Positions 1-11,674 of a DNA stretch of 64,000 nucleotides are shown here, in pieces. Location: positions 11,222,001-11,286,000 of the forward strand of contig OX597819.1 in NCBI GenBank assembly GCA_951406725.2. Reading direction: 5' to 3'. The position numbers and the translations under genes were made by a program. The notes below the pieces were generated by a model, which saw only the letters and a list, made by a program, of their open reading frames with translations, did not search any database and had not been told where the DNA came from. The DNA is from Octopus vulgaris (lineage: Eukaryota). Positions within the stretch are counted from its first letter, which is position 1. Every line of letters starts with the position of its first letter.

Positions 1-429
1 TTCTTTCCCTCTCTTTCTCCTTCCTTTCCATCTCCCTCTGCTTCTCTATGTCTGACTTTCTCTCTCTTTGCTCTCTTGATTTCTCTATTTCAGTCTCTCT
101 CGCTTCTTATGTCTCTCTCTGTCTCCGTGTCTCTGTTTGCCTGTCTCTCTCTATTACCTTATTATATATATTAATGCTCCGCCTTTTTACTCTTTGTTTC
201 TCATCTCATACTCATCCTCTCTTCTTAACATTTATTTCTCTAATCTCTCCTCCATCCTCCCCTCTCCCTCTTTCATCTCATAATTTTTACAAAATTACAT
301 CGCCTTCTTCTCTATCTCTCTCTCATTCTTTCTTTCTTTTTGTTTCCCTTTACTTTCTTTCTTGTTTTCTTTATTTATTTATTTCCTTTTCCTTTCTTTC
401 TTTCCTCTTATGTTGTACCCGACCTTGGG

Positions 430-1045
430 ATGGTGTGTGATATCTTGAATTGAGCGTGACATGGATTATACTGAGGGATGGTTGCACAAAACCATCTGGT
501 TCACTCTCTCGTCCTTTCCTATGTGATTCCAGTGGAAAGATGAAGTCAAAAAAACTACAGACAGGTTGCAGTTCACCCCCCACAAAGCTTGCTGGTCCGT
601 TGAGCCTGTCTAGTGGTTTCCTCAGCACACTCCAACGGTTCACATCTTTACATAGTCAAGCCCTAGCTCACCAACGCTTCACAGCTGTTTGCTGCCCTTC
701 CCATGGTTTAGCCAGTCTGTGGAAGCCGTGGATACTATTGCATTGATGAGTCACGGGAGGACCAAAGCGGACGGCCTACTCCAAGGAGTACTACATATTT
801 CCCCTGACAGAGGTACTACTTGACCCAGATACACCTTGCACCCTAGAACAGAATTTACAAGGGCAAAGAAAGCTTGAAAGATGCGGGTCCAGATCCGACT
901 CTTTGCTTTCAGACCCAGCAGACAACCATTGCCCGACCTGTGGCCGAGACTTCCGAGAATGCATCGGACTGGACAGCAACAGCCGGACACACCTTTACCC
1001 ATCTTATGTATTTGGTCATCGTTGACAACGACGGAAGAACTAAAA
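430..1045 (+). mobile_element. RTE-clade LINE 3' remnant
   Basis: Degenerate C-terminal zinc finger CPTCGRDFRECIGLDSNSRTH (~929-990), then a short 3' UTR (TTGGTCATCGTTGACAACGACGGAAG), as at RTE ORF ends. The upstream part is frameshifted. Confidence 0.65.
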
Positions 1046-1740
1046 TCTGCCGCTGACTCGCTATTGTCATAAAATGAAATTTCAAACATGCTAATCTCTC
1101 TCTTTTCTACCTGTCTGTCTTTCTCACTATATCTGTCTGTCTCTCCTCCTCTCACTCTCCCTGACTGTCTGTCTGTCTAGCATTTTCTCTCTTTCAGTCT
1201 CAACGAAGGAATTTAATTAACAACGGAAAGGGAAGTAATACTTCTTACTCTACAAGAGTTATTGCCCTTCTTCTAGTAGATATATATATATATATTGGCA
1301 TTAGAATTTTTCTTCTGCCCTTATCTTGTAAAATCTAAAATGAATTCCTCGCTTTTTCAAGAACATGAATTTTTTATATTGAATGCATATCACCACTATG
1401 AACTACTACATCATACTCTTTAAACATATAGCATGGACTCGCTTCACTATATATGAATTTTTTATATTTGATAGCATGAACTATCTTTTTTATATATAAT
1501 TTTTTTTGATAAGGTTCGTCATTTCAAGAACCGAAACATGTTAAATAAATAATGTATATATAAAATTTAAAAATTTGTCTAATATAGCAGCATTTTCAAA
1601 CTTCATTTTTTACAAATATATATATTTATATATAAGAGCAAATAATAGCTTTAATGGTTTTTAAAAAACCAACAATTATTTACTGGTAGGAACTTCTATA
1701 AAAGTTCAATATATATTTTGTATATAAATAAAAAAAAAAT

Positions 1741-1977
1741 GGCAGGCAACAGGTTGCTTAGCCACATACCGAAAAAATTAGAAATAGCAGTCAGAGACTG
1801 TTTATTTCTATTTTCTACAAATAAGACTCCACATACAACATATCTTCTTTCTGTGTTGCATATGTGAATTACAGGGATATGTCGTATGTGGAGTCTTATT
1901 TGTAAAAATAGAAATAAAGTCTTTGACTGCTATTTCTAATTTTTTTCGATATGTGGCTAAGCAACCTGTTGCCTGCC
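1741..1977. repeat. Long palindrome with ~100-bp arms
   Basis: GGCAGGCAACAGGTTGCTTAGCCACATA...AGACTCCACATACAACATATC (1741-1844) is the near-perfect reverse complement of 1876-1977; spacer ~31 nt. Confidence 0.9.
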
Positions 1978-1994
1978 TCTTCTATTTATATACA

Positions 1995-2025
<31 letters not shown>

Positions 2026-2356
2026 CAAATGTGTGTGTGTGTGTATGTATATCTTTTGCTTTGTTTTCACATAAATTGCATATCCAGTTTGAACCACCAA
2101 GAGCTGCATTTACGTTCTTATCTTTGTGGATCTTAAAATGTATTTTGAGGCCTCCCTTAGATTTAAAGTATTTGTATATTCAATACGAGCGATATATACA
2201 TATATTTTTTTAATAATATATTATTATTATTAATATAAGGAAATCAATATTGAACATAAAGATATACTCGTGTGAAAGACCTTATTGTATTAAAAATATG
2301 ATTATAATGTATAAGATAAATTTGATAGTTTAAAGGTTTTGAATTCATTTTTTAAG

Positions 2357-2448
2357 CATCTTACGATCGTTTCGCAGAAGAGTTGTCCCTATAATGAAAT
2401 CCTATATTGATAAGCATTTATAGACAACCCTTCTGCTCTTCAGAGATA
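2357..2448 (-). ncRNA. Type I hammerhead ribozyme (Penelope-type minimal stem III)
   Basis: Minus strand reads TATCT-CTGAAGA-GCAGAAGGGTTGTC...GACAACTCTTCTGC-GAAAC-GATC-GTA-AGATG. Canonical core, 14-bp stem II, 5-bp stem I, palindromic stem III (ACGATCGT), GUA cleavage triplet. Confidence 0.8.
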
Positions 2449-2635
2449 TAAAATATGAATATTGTATAATATATCGAATGATAGTTTTTTTAAAATTTGA
2501 ATTAAAATTGTAAAATGGTGTTTGTAAAATAGTGTTTGTTTGAAATGTAAAATAAAAATTAAAAATTACTACTTTTGATGAGTCTTTAAATCCATATATA
2601 TTTCCTTGGTTATTCTACTGCAATAATCCATGGCT

Positions 2636-2913
2636 GATGTCAGTGCCGCCTTGGCTGGCTTCCATGCCAGGGGCACATAAAAAGCACCATCCGAATCGTG
2701 GCCGATGCCAGCGCCGCCTTGACTGGCTTCCAAGCCGTTGGCACGTAAAAAGCACCTACTACACTCACGGAGTGGTCGGCATTAGGAAGGGCATCCAGCT
2801 GTAGAAACACTGCCAGATCAGACTGGAGCCTGGTGCAGCCTTCTGGCTTCCCAGATCCACAGTCGAACTGTCCAACCCATGCTAGCATGGAGAACGGACA
2901 TTAAACGATGATG
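2636..2913 (+). mobile_element. SINE 3' part with RTE-like tail and (GAT)n end
   Basis: Internal tandem GGCACGTAAAAAGCACC units, tail GGCATTAGGAAGGGCATCCAGCTGTAGAAA...TTAAACGATGATGA; homologous to 16770-17084. Confidence 0.75.
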
Positions 2914-3149
2914 AAAATCCATCATATTATCTTGCATTCCAGTATAGTTCATGAAGTCAGTTTAGAAAAGTTTACTAAACACATACTGTCAATTCTCTAT
3001 TATAATGGCTAAACCACAAACCATCATACACATACCTTCATCATATTCACGGAACAAATTGCCACTTGTGAGACCCTCACAAATGTTTCATGTCTACATA
3101 GTGTCTTTAACTACTCCAACATTAGTCTGCCATCATGTGTGTGTTTCAT

Positions 3150-3590
3150 TGGCCTTGATATCTCTCCTCCTTAATCTTGATGAAAACGCTTACCATGCTC
3201 ATTGCTCGCGTCTCAGAGATTAGCAGGAAATTCATTGAGATGGCTTTTGAAGAAATGAAACTTTATGCTCATATCGCCGCCTAAAAGCTGATAGCTATCA
3301 AGTAATATCTCCACCAAATCCTTGTAGTTCTCAGCCTTTTCACTCACTACAAATCCTTTCACAACAGCCACAAATGAATCCCATGCTCTTTTTTCTACAT
3401 CAGTCATCGAGCACGAGAATGTCTGGCATTTCATTAACTTTCTGATTTGTGACCCATCAAAAAACACCAGCCGTTATTTTATCATAACACAGGAAATGCC
3501 AAACATATGAATTTGAAACAGCTACTCTCCACATTAAGAGCTTCGATAAATTACTTCTTTAGTCCTAATTTAATATGAAGGGTTGAAGAT
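3150..3590 (-). mobile_element. CMC/Chapaev3-type DNA transposase remnant
   Basis: FDGSQIRKLM..EKRAWDSFVAVVKGF..KAENYKDLVEILLDSYQLLG.MSIKFHF..SHL..FPANL, then (frameshifted) SNEHGKRFHQD. Matches Chapaev3 motifs (MSLKIHFLHSHL; SDEHGERFHQDI). Confidence 0.7.
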
Positions 3591-4133
3591 GATTTTCTCC
3601 CGCTCACCCCCTGAATTTTTTATTCAACCACCGCCACTTTGGAGAGGTCTGTCTTATAAACCACAACAGGACAAAGTGAGACATATCCTTAGATACATCA
3701 TGCATTATATAGAAATACTATCTCTATAGGATATATAAAGGGAAAAGACATCAATATATATATAACAGGCATTCTACTCTCAGCTAAAACTGAAGGTAGA
3801 TAATTATCAATATAGCAGAAGATATTAAAGGTGTCTATATAACAATGGGGTTGTTTAGGGAGGGGATTAGATATACAACAACAGCAATAAATGAACATTT
3901 CAAAGTTTATCTTTATTTTAAATGTGAATTTTTAACAAAGGAGCAAAACCAGTGAAGGGATCACTATGTGGTTGATATACCTGCTAGAATTAGTAGCTAA
4001 ATTCACACGATATCACTGTACAGAAGGGCATATTGGACAATGTGGTTGTGGGTTCTCTTTGGAAATAGGCATGATGATCCTGGCTGGAATGTATTTGATC
4101 ATAAGTTTCTGTTTGGTCAAGGTTAATCCGAGG

Positions 4134-4322
4134 CTAAACAACAACAGTTACACGGAAATTCACTTTGTGTCTAATGACTGACATCCCATCAATGTTGCGT
4201 GTCCGTATTTCTGAATCACAATTTCTGAACCATTCGTACAACATTAGGTAGCCTTGTTTTACAGTGTCAATAGACTCATCATCAATTTTCAGGTCCGTTG
4301 TATCAATTCCTAAAAAAAATAG
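4134..4322 (-). pseudogene. Death-domain-like exon of an ankyrin/death-domain gene (gene or pseudogene)
   Basis: Acceptor tcttttgcag, then LFFLGIDTTDLKIDDESIDTVKQGYLMLYEWFRNCD, which resembles the death-domain motif (EQ.Y.ML..W). The 3' end runs into a repeat. Confidence 0.5.
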
Positions 4323-4729
4323 CTGCAAAAGACACAACAATAAGAAATAAATGCAACAACATTAATAAGAACATAAAACGCTGTGTACTGTAGGTTGTTA
4401 TGAATATTACAAACAAACTTTATCAATAGAGAAATAAAAAAGAAATAGCTGAGAAACATGAAAACCATAAGACATTGTTTTCTATTGACAAAAATAACAA
4501 AGAGTTTGAATTAAACGAGATTTTTAAAAAATATTAATAGAAAATTATACTTGAGAAAATATATGGTAAATGAGGGCAGGAAACATTTTGTGAAGGCAAA
4601 AATATATCAGAACCTCAAGAATTAACATTGACCTCCAACAGTGAAAGCATATGATCCATCCATTTCCTCTGCTCAATATTCTTGAAAGGGCTGTAGGGAA
4701 AGAGTCCTCAGGCACCTCCTCCACAGAAG

Positions 4730-5100
4730 CATCCATCATTAGACATTCTGCTTCTATTCTATGATGTGAAGAACTAAGACTATGGATAGCATCCAACCAT
4801 TTCTTTCTCCCCCCCGCCTCGGTATCTTGTTCCGTTGGTTTGATTTTGAGAACCTGTCCTGTAATCCATTGCTGCAACACTCTGATCACATGTCCGAGGT
4901 ACTACAGATGTTGAGAAGAAGTGGCTCAACCTGGAGAGACTCCCAGATGTCTGAACTATAAATCCTATTGAGTAACATTACTCCAAAGACCCTTTAGAGG
5001 AATCCCATATATCTGTCTTATTCTGGTAGATTTCAGACCTGATATTCAAAGGGTCATGAAAGTAATGTCCCTCTGTGTCATCTACTACCCTGCAAAGTTC
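4730..5100 (-). mobile_element. RTE (Expander-like) LINE ORF C-terminal remnant
   Basis: Minus-strand peptides MGFL*RVFGVMLLNRIYSSDIWESLQVEPLLLNI, YLGHVIR and KKWLDAI. Confidence 0.7.
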
Positions 5101-5841
5101 CCAAGAGGACACTGAAAATCGAATGATCAGTGATTGTTCAACAGTCGATAACTCTAAGTCAAATTCAATCCCATTTCAAACTTCTCCAATGAACTCCAGG
5201 TTCGATCAATTCTACAGAGCCTATTCAGTTATTATTATGTCAGTCTCAATGAGAGATGCCACCTCCAGTTCGGCTTGACTTGTGAATGTTCATTTTCTGA
5301 TAAATTCCCTTAAAGGAACTCTTTGTTTTCGCCTGAGGAGAATGATAGGATTTCGCTGTGTCACCTTTATTAAATCTCTTTTTATTGAAGCATTTACAGA
5401 CATATGTCATGTGGTAAAGTCACTGCAAAATGGCAATCTAAATTGGAATTATCAGCTTCCAACACAAAAACACCCAATAAATAATAGCTGCAAGAAGAAC
5501 CAAACACAAAGTCTTCTGTTTGAAGAAAGATGCTTTGTTTTAGATGTTAACTTTGTTACTTGTCCTTCATTACAATAACCTAACAGTGGACCTAAAGAAA
5601 ATGTAAAACAAATTCACTCACCTATTTACCCATAAAAATTCGCAGGAGTAGATTTGTTTCCTCGTAATTTTCCGAAAAATGGATAAATTGTTAGGAAAGT
5701 ATCGAGAAAAACCTTTCAGAGAAGATTAGAATTATTTCGGAATATAATATGAATGAAGCGAAACACTAACATATGCACACCACAATTTACATTATATATA
5801 CATCCATACATTTTATTTGTATACATGTACATACACATATG

Positions 5842-5872
<31 letters not shown>

Positions 5873-5910
5873 TAGTACACACACACACATATATATATAT
5901 AGTCACTAAC

Positions 5911-6055
5911 CTCAAGAGCGTTCTTTTGTAATAATGGTGCCACTCCGTCTGTCCATATCCCTGCAGCCAAACGGAGAGGAGTCCAGCCAGCCTTGCTCTT
6001 CCCGTTCACATTGATGTTCCGATATAGCAAGAGATTCACAGCTTCAAGTTGACAC
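5911..6055 (-). pseudogene. Ankyrin-repeat exon
   Basis: ctctcag|G TGT...GAG|gttagt, encoding CQLEAVNLLLYRNINVNGKSKAGWTPLRLAAG. Phase-2 acceptor matches the upstream exon. Confidence 0.75.
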
Positions 6056-6381
6056 CTGAGAGTAAAAGATAGAAACATTGACTAATTTACATTGAATATG
6101 AAATTATTTTGGCTTTCAGACGAATCATCATCAGCTTGCCACCACTTCCATCATCATCACCACCATCTTAGTCATCATCAGGAGTTTTATGAATGAATAA
6201 TGACTAATGAATTGGATAGATGAATAAAGAGAAGAAAACCTTGTTGTTGTTTGCTAGTATCCTGTTGTCCTGCTGTCCCACTACTACGACTATCGCCTCT
6301 TTGGATATTGAACCTGTGTCTGCAATTGCAACAAATTTACAAACAAAAACACATCTGGATTTTAGTTTATTTTCAACTTAC

Positions 6382-6491
6382 CCAAACACAGCATCATGTA
6401 AAGCTTCCATCTCCGCTCCTGCATATATCAAAATCTCAGTTATTCTTGTGTTCCCCTTGAAACCAGCTTCCATTAGAGGAGCTTGGTTAAT
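6382..6491 (-). pseudogene. Ankyrin-repeat exon
   Basis: ttacag|ATT...TTTGG|gtaagt, encoding INQAPLMEAGFKGNTRITEILIYAGAEMEALHDAVFG. The inter-repeat linker looks shortened. Confidence 0.7.
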
Positions 6492-7149
6492 CTGTAATGA
6501 AGAAAGTGAGGACATGTGAAATATAGAAATTCCCATTTCTCTTTCTTTATATCTCTCTCTGTCTCCTTCACTTTTCCTTTTCTCCCTTACACTCAACCTT
6601 TTTCTTTTTTCCTTGCCTCTCCTTTTCTTTCTCTTTCTTTTTTCCTTCTCCCACTTTCTTTTCTATCTTTCTCTTTTTCCTTCCTCTCTCTCTCTCCTAT
6701 ATTCCCCTCTCTGTCTATCTCTCCCGCTCCTTTTCTTATCTCTCACTTTCTTTTTCTCATTTCCCTCTTTGTCTCTCCCTTTCTTTTCTCGGTCAAATTT
6801 TCTTTCCTCTCTTCCTTCCTCTTTTTGTCTTCTCTATAGTTCTCTCTCACTTTTCCTTTTCTTTCTTTCTATTTTTTCTCTCTTCTACTTGTTTCAGACT
6901 GTGGCCATGCTGGGGCCCCTCCTTGATTTTGTCCTTTATGTGTGGTACCTTTTCTGTCTGATTAGCAGCAACCTATAGCCCTCTTTTGCTTAAGGGCTAA
7001 GTAACAGGGATGCAAATACACCAACACCGGTTATCAATTAGCAGTTGGGGACACACACATATCTGATTGTCTGTATATACACATACACACACAAACACAT
7101 ATATACAAGTTAATAACATCAGTAAGGATGTGTTTTATCTATTCCCCCT

Positions 7150-8400
7150 AAGTAAATGGAGCCTTGTCCAGGAGAAACCAATGTCGTCAGACGTTATCCC
7201 TCGTTCATCGGATGTTTCGGCCCTGAACCGTAACACCCTACTGTTGGTGGGTCAGCAGAGGTGGCCAATTCACTGCTCCTCAACTCCTCATGCCTTCCAG
7301 CGTTAATCTTCTCTCTTACACCAAAGCCAGCAAAAGGCTCTTTCAGTTGCCTCTCCCATCATGCGCACATCCACCCTTCCCTCTCATTCCAGTTGCTGTA
7401 AAAAATCCATGCCGACTGGGCACGGAATCCCTTACAGCCAACCCTGACTAGGAAAATCCATACCGGCCATCCCTTCTCCCTGCAAAAGGCTCTTATATCT
7501 GTCACACTTCCGTTCATGGGCCTCGTTACAACCCGCTCCCCACGTGACTGTTCGTTCAATTATGATCATTTTCTGGGCCTTTTCGGACCACACCAGGCCT
7601 CAGGGTTGTATGGACAACCTGGGGAAATCTCTTCCCTAAGTCTACCTTCATATCCCATGGTTGAGACACTTGCAACAAGCTATGTATTGCTTTTGCTGGC
7701 TTTTCTCCCTCTTTCTTGAACTTAATTGCAGCAGTTATCTTCCCCTGGTGATATTTCTTACACCTTTACTGCTCCAGGGTGTGAGCAAGTATTCGTATCT
7801 GCCTTGAGAAAGTGTTATTCTGCACCCTGCCAAGATGTGTGCCAGAGTGCCCCTTTCCCACAAACCTTATCTGTGCAGGTTTGTTGGCGTCGGGAGTGTC
7901 ATACACCGCTCCATGCAGGAAGGAGATGTGCAAAGGTTCCAGCCTCCAAAGGTCAGTCCATGTGAACTTCCTCTTAGGGAGATCCCATTTAGTCCATGCA
8001 CCCAGAGATACCTACTTCACAGCTCTTGATTTCCTTTTATCTTCCTCTTGGTACCACATTGCTTTCCAAGTCAGCCCGCCTCTCCCTGGTGTCTGCTTTC
8101 TTCCATTGTTGCAAATAGGAAGATCCAAGTCCCTGGCGACCCCAACATGTAGCTCCAGCATGCCTTCAGCCTGAGTGACAGCGGTGCCAGTTACCCACAC
8201 CTTGTGGTAATACCTGCATGTCTGACAAGCTCATCCGTAGAGTTTCTCTACATCATTACAATATTACATTTTGCTACTTTAAATTCCTCCACTACAGATG
8301 ACAGGGGAAGTTGTAATTGTCCCGATCCTACGTACAGGCCTATTCAAGTAAAGCTTGGGGAACTCCTAGCCATTTTTGGGGGGAAGGGGGTATTTATTTA
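7150..8400 (-). mobile_element. HERO-clade (restriction-like endonuclease) non-LTR retrotransposon, 5'-truncated and degenerate
   Basis: KWLGVP..GLYVGSGQLQLPLSSVVEEFKVAKC, CGERGTLAHILAGC..LSQGRY (zinc knuckle) and CREKGW..VRVGCKGF (RLE domain). Confidence 0.8.
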
Positions 8401-9190
8401 TCTTTCTCGCCACCCTGATGGGTGACTACTTACCACAACACCACCTCACAATAAGTGAATATTTGATGCATCACCACTTTGCTTTTTTTTACTCATTTAA
8501 TCTTTAATACGAGGCTTCTGCCAAACTCAGTTATATATACATAAACTAATATAAAATGTTCCCACGGCCCCCACACATTGGTGGCGGTGACCACTTTCAG
8601 AAGCCCTGCTCTATATTCCTGCAGACACTATCCCATCTATTAGCTGCCATCCTGTCATTCTAACTTCCAATATTTCAATTGTGAAGTAAAATGCCATAAG
8701 AAAAATCACCTTTGTCCCTTTAGGTGTCTTTCTAGATTCAATGAACACCAGTACAATTTTATAAAGTGGGGTTTGAATCCTATGTGACACACCAGTGTTT
8801 TCGTATGTGTAAAAAATTCTATAAAAAATGGTGTAGCCCTTGACACCAGTAAAACATTCAACTTTGTATGGCAAGAGGACTTCATTAAAAAGTCACCATC
8901 CATTTATCGGTTCCATCTGTCTCTCATCTCTTAGACTGAATACTTCCCACCAGAATACCCCATTGCAGTGTTTGATGGATTTCTTTCTCACTTACATTCC
9001 ATCAATTCTGTCATGCCACAATGTTTGGATAAATATTTATAAAAATATCGATGATAAGGATTTGAGAAAAGAGGCGAAGAAAGAAATGAAATATCATGGA
9101 CAAATTTATGTGGTTACTTAGCAACATTTCATATTGTGTAAAAAATAATAAACAGTCAAATTTGAGAAGGCAATAAACAGAACAACTTAC

Positions 9191-9242
9191 TGTTGTTGGA
9201 TCGTTTTTTATTAAATTTTCAACTTCTTCGATGTCACCATTC
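9191..9242 (-). pseudogene. Probable upstream ankyrin exon
   Basis: NGDIEEVENLIKNDPTT|gtaagt; the phase-0 donor joins INQ of the 6491 exon. The acceptor is ambiguous: an in-frame TAG lies just upstream. Confidence 0.5.
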
Positions 9243-10569
9243 TAAATTTTCTGTCTAAAATCAGTCAAAAAAGAAAGAAAACAAAACAGTTTAAAAAAAC
9301 ATATAAAATGAGTTAAACAACAATAAACAGAAGTTGATGGTTCTAAAATCTTGCATAAGATAACATTGATATTGTAAACTTCAGTTTATCTAAAGTATTA
9401 TTCATAGCTGAATGTTCTTCTTGACACTAATAAACCTAACAGTCATTGTGTTGTGTCTCTAGGTTAGCTACATTCCTCTGCTTACATCTTGAGCTATAAA
9501 TCTGTGGATCATACCCCAGCTAGTGTGGGGTACACTTTATATGAAAAACAAATTGATTCTCTAAAGAAAGGCAAATTTATGAAAACTAGTAAAAGAATCA
9601 ATGACACAGAGTTTGTACAATAAAACCTCCTGTATTGATCTTTGATTTGATCACATCTACTTTGCTAATATTTCGACAGACACTATCAACAAGAGCTTAC
9701 TTTATAAATTTTTGCAAATATCTTTATGACTCTTTCATAATTATTTAAAAAATTTCCATTAAATACACACACACACACATATATATATAATAATTATTTA
9801 AGGGAATAAAATCCAAAACTTACAAGGAAAAAATTCAATTTAGAAAAACTAAATCAAATTTCACACAATATAATATATTTATAAAAATTAGAAAAAAATA
9901 ATCAAGACAGAAATAAAAATGTATATTCAGTATATACATTTTTATTATTATTTTTGCACTTTACTTAATCTTTACATTTTATTGTTATTTTAATTTTAAC
10001 TTTTCTATTATATGTAATTTTCTAGATGGTGTAATTTAATTATTCATTTCGAATTGATAAAAGGTATATATATTTTAAGCTCCCCCACACATACATTCAC
10101 ATGCACACCCACACACCCTACTTAAATGCACACTCGCCCTTACGCAACCTAATTCAGTAGGGGCAGCGTTATTTGCCCCCTTTATCTCAGACTCTTTCTT
10201 CCAGAAATTTCATCATGTTCAACCGTTCATTCCTACAGATTTTCTCTCTCTCCTTTATTTTCATTCCCTCTCTATTTCCCCCCTCAATCCTTTCTGTCGA
10301 AGAATGTAGGTTCAAAACAGCAAAGACTTCCCCATTTTTCCCCAAGCGTCAAAATAATACACCTTGTTGTGCCCTCACCTGTCTTCGTCTTTTGTTTTCT
10401 GTAAATTTGTGTGTGTGTGCACTTAAGGTTGGAATTTAGAACTTTTTCTTGTGAAGAGTATCAACTTGTAACCCTACATAAGCATTGCGATACATGTTTT
10501 ATGAATACATTTGTGCACACTACACACCGAGACAAAGACCGGAGGACTGCTAGTATATATTATACACAC

Positions 10570-10791
10570 TGTAGTGTGAAGGATGAAGAGGACAACAGAA
10601 GGAGAAGAAATACAAACAGGTCTTACCTCGGCGAAGATCAGGTCCCTTACAAATGTCCTGTCGCTTCCTCGATTACCACACATACATGCCGCTTGACAGC
10701 TTCCCCGCACATGTGCCCTCCAGTCTTCTACCGGCCCCTGCAAGCCCTACTTCCGCCCTCCTCATCTGTCGTCCTCTCCACCGACACTACA
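10570..10791 (-). repeat. 3' LTR (222 bp)
   Basis: TGTAGTGT...ACACTACA terminal inverted repeat. A short G-rich PPT candidate (CGCCCCCT on +, 10792-10800) abuts it. Confidence 0.9.
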
Positions 10792-10984
10792 CGCCCCCCT
10801 GATCAACAGATCACTGAACCGACTTTCTCACTTACTCCCGGCTCCCAAACTCACACCTAAACTGGTTTCATAATCAGCCAACCAGGGAGGAGGGTGCCGT
10901 TCCCTCTGTGGTCACAGTGCGACCCTAGGACTGGTTCCTGGCAAGTTGCTGCTAGCCTCATCATCCTGTCTACTGGTGTTGTTT

Positions 10985-11660
10985 TCATCTTGCCCACTGC
11001 TGCTGGTCCCATCCTCTGAGGCATGGACAATCCTCCGTATATCCAAAACGTGGCGTGGCATACCATCGACCGAGATGTTCTTCTTTGAATCTACAGGTTA
11101 TTGTCCCCTTTCCCCATCGTGATGTACACCATGCGTTTGGGGGTTTTACCCAAACTTCTTCCCCGACCTGCACGAAATCGTGCTCTTCCTCTGCCCCGGG
11201 TCGCATTGATGCAGTACACGGATGCCTCCACTTGTACCTGAATATTGCCCTGAGTGGAACCAACTCCCCAGTCTGTCCTAATCTGGGTGACATATTGTAC
11301 CAAAATACAGCCTCGATTGGTGAAATGTGACCCCTCTCTGCCATGGCCTTGATGGTACGATGATGCCTTTCCACCACCCCATTTCCTCTTGGCCGGTATG
11401 CCGCCCTGAAGGTCACCACGTCAATCTTGTCCACCAAGTGGCCAACCACAATTGCTCGCAGCGTCAGCTGTATTTCCTGCACTATAATCCGTGCATCTGT
11501 AACACCTTCAGTGTACTTCTCTTTCGTCGACTGCTCTTACACTGCTTTCTCCACTCCAAGTCTCTGCCACTTCTGGAGTCATCAGGGTTGTCGTACAGCC
11601 CGTGTCCACAAGGGCTCGCGACATCTTCCCCTCCACCAGAATGTCGACCACAGGTAGTGA
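10985..11660 (-). pseudogene. pol: pol remnant: aspartic protease fused to integrase C-terminal half
   Basis: ALVDTGCTTTL protease motif; frameshift near 11510; then KIDVV joined in frame to TFRAAYRPRGNGVVERHHRTIK (integrase E motif) and GEEVWVKP..W.KG. Confidence 0.85.
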
Positions 11661-11674
11661 CGATAAACGTGCCT

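Noticed and set aside
48-440. Ser/Leu/Phe-rich ORFs (also 6516-6978 and 49559-50260)
   Set aside because: Pyrimidine-rich low-complexity DNA.
5592-5715. Possible extra exon of the ankyrin gene (donor-like gtgagt near 5621)
   Set aside because: Stops in the plausible frames and no clear ankyrin motif.
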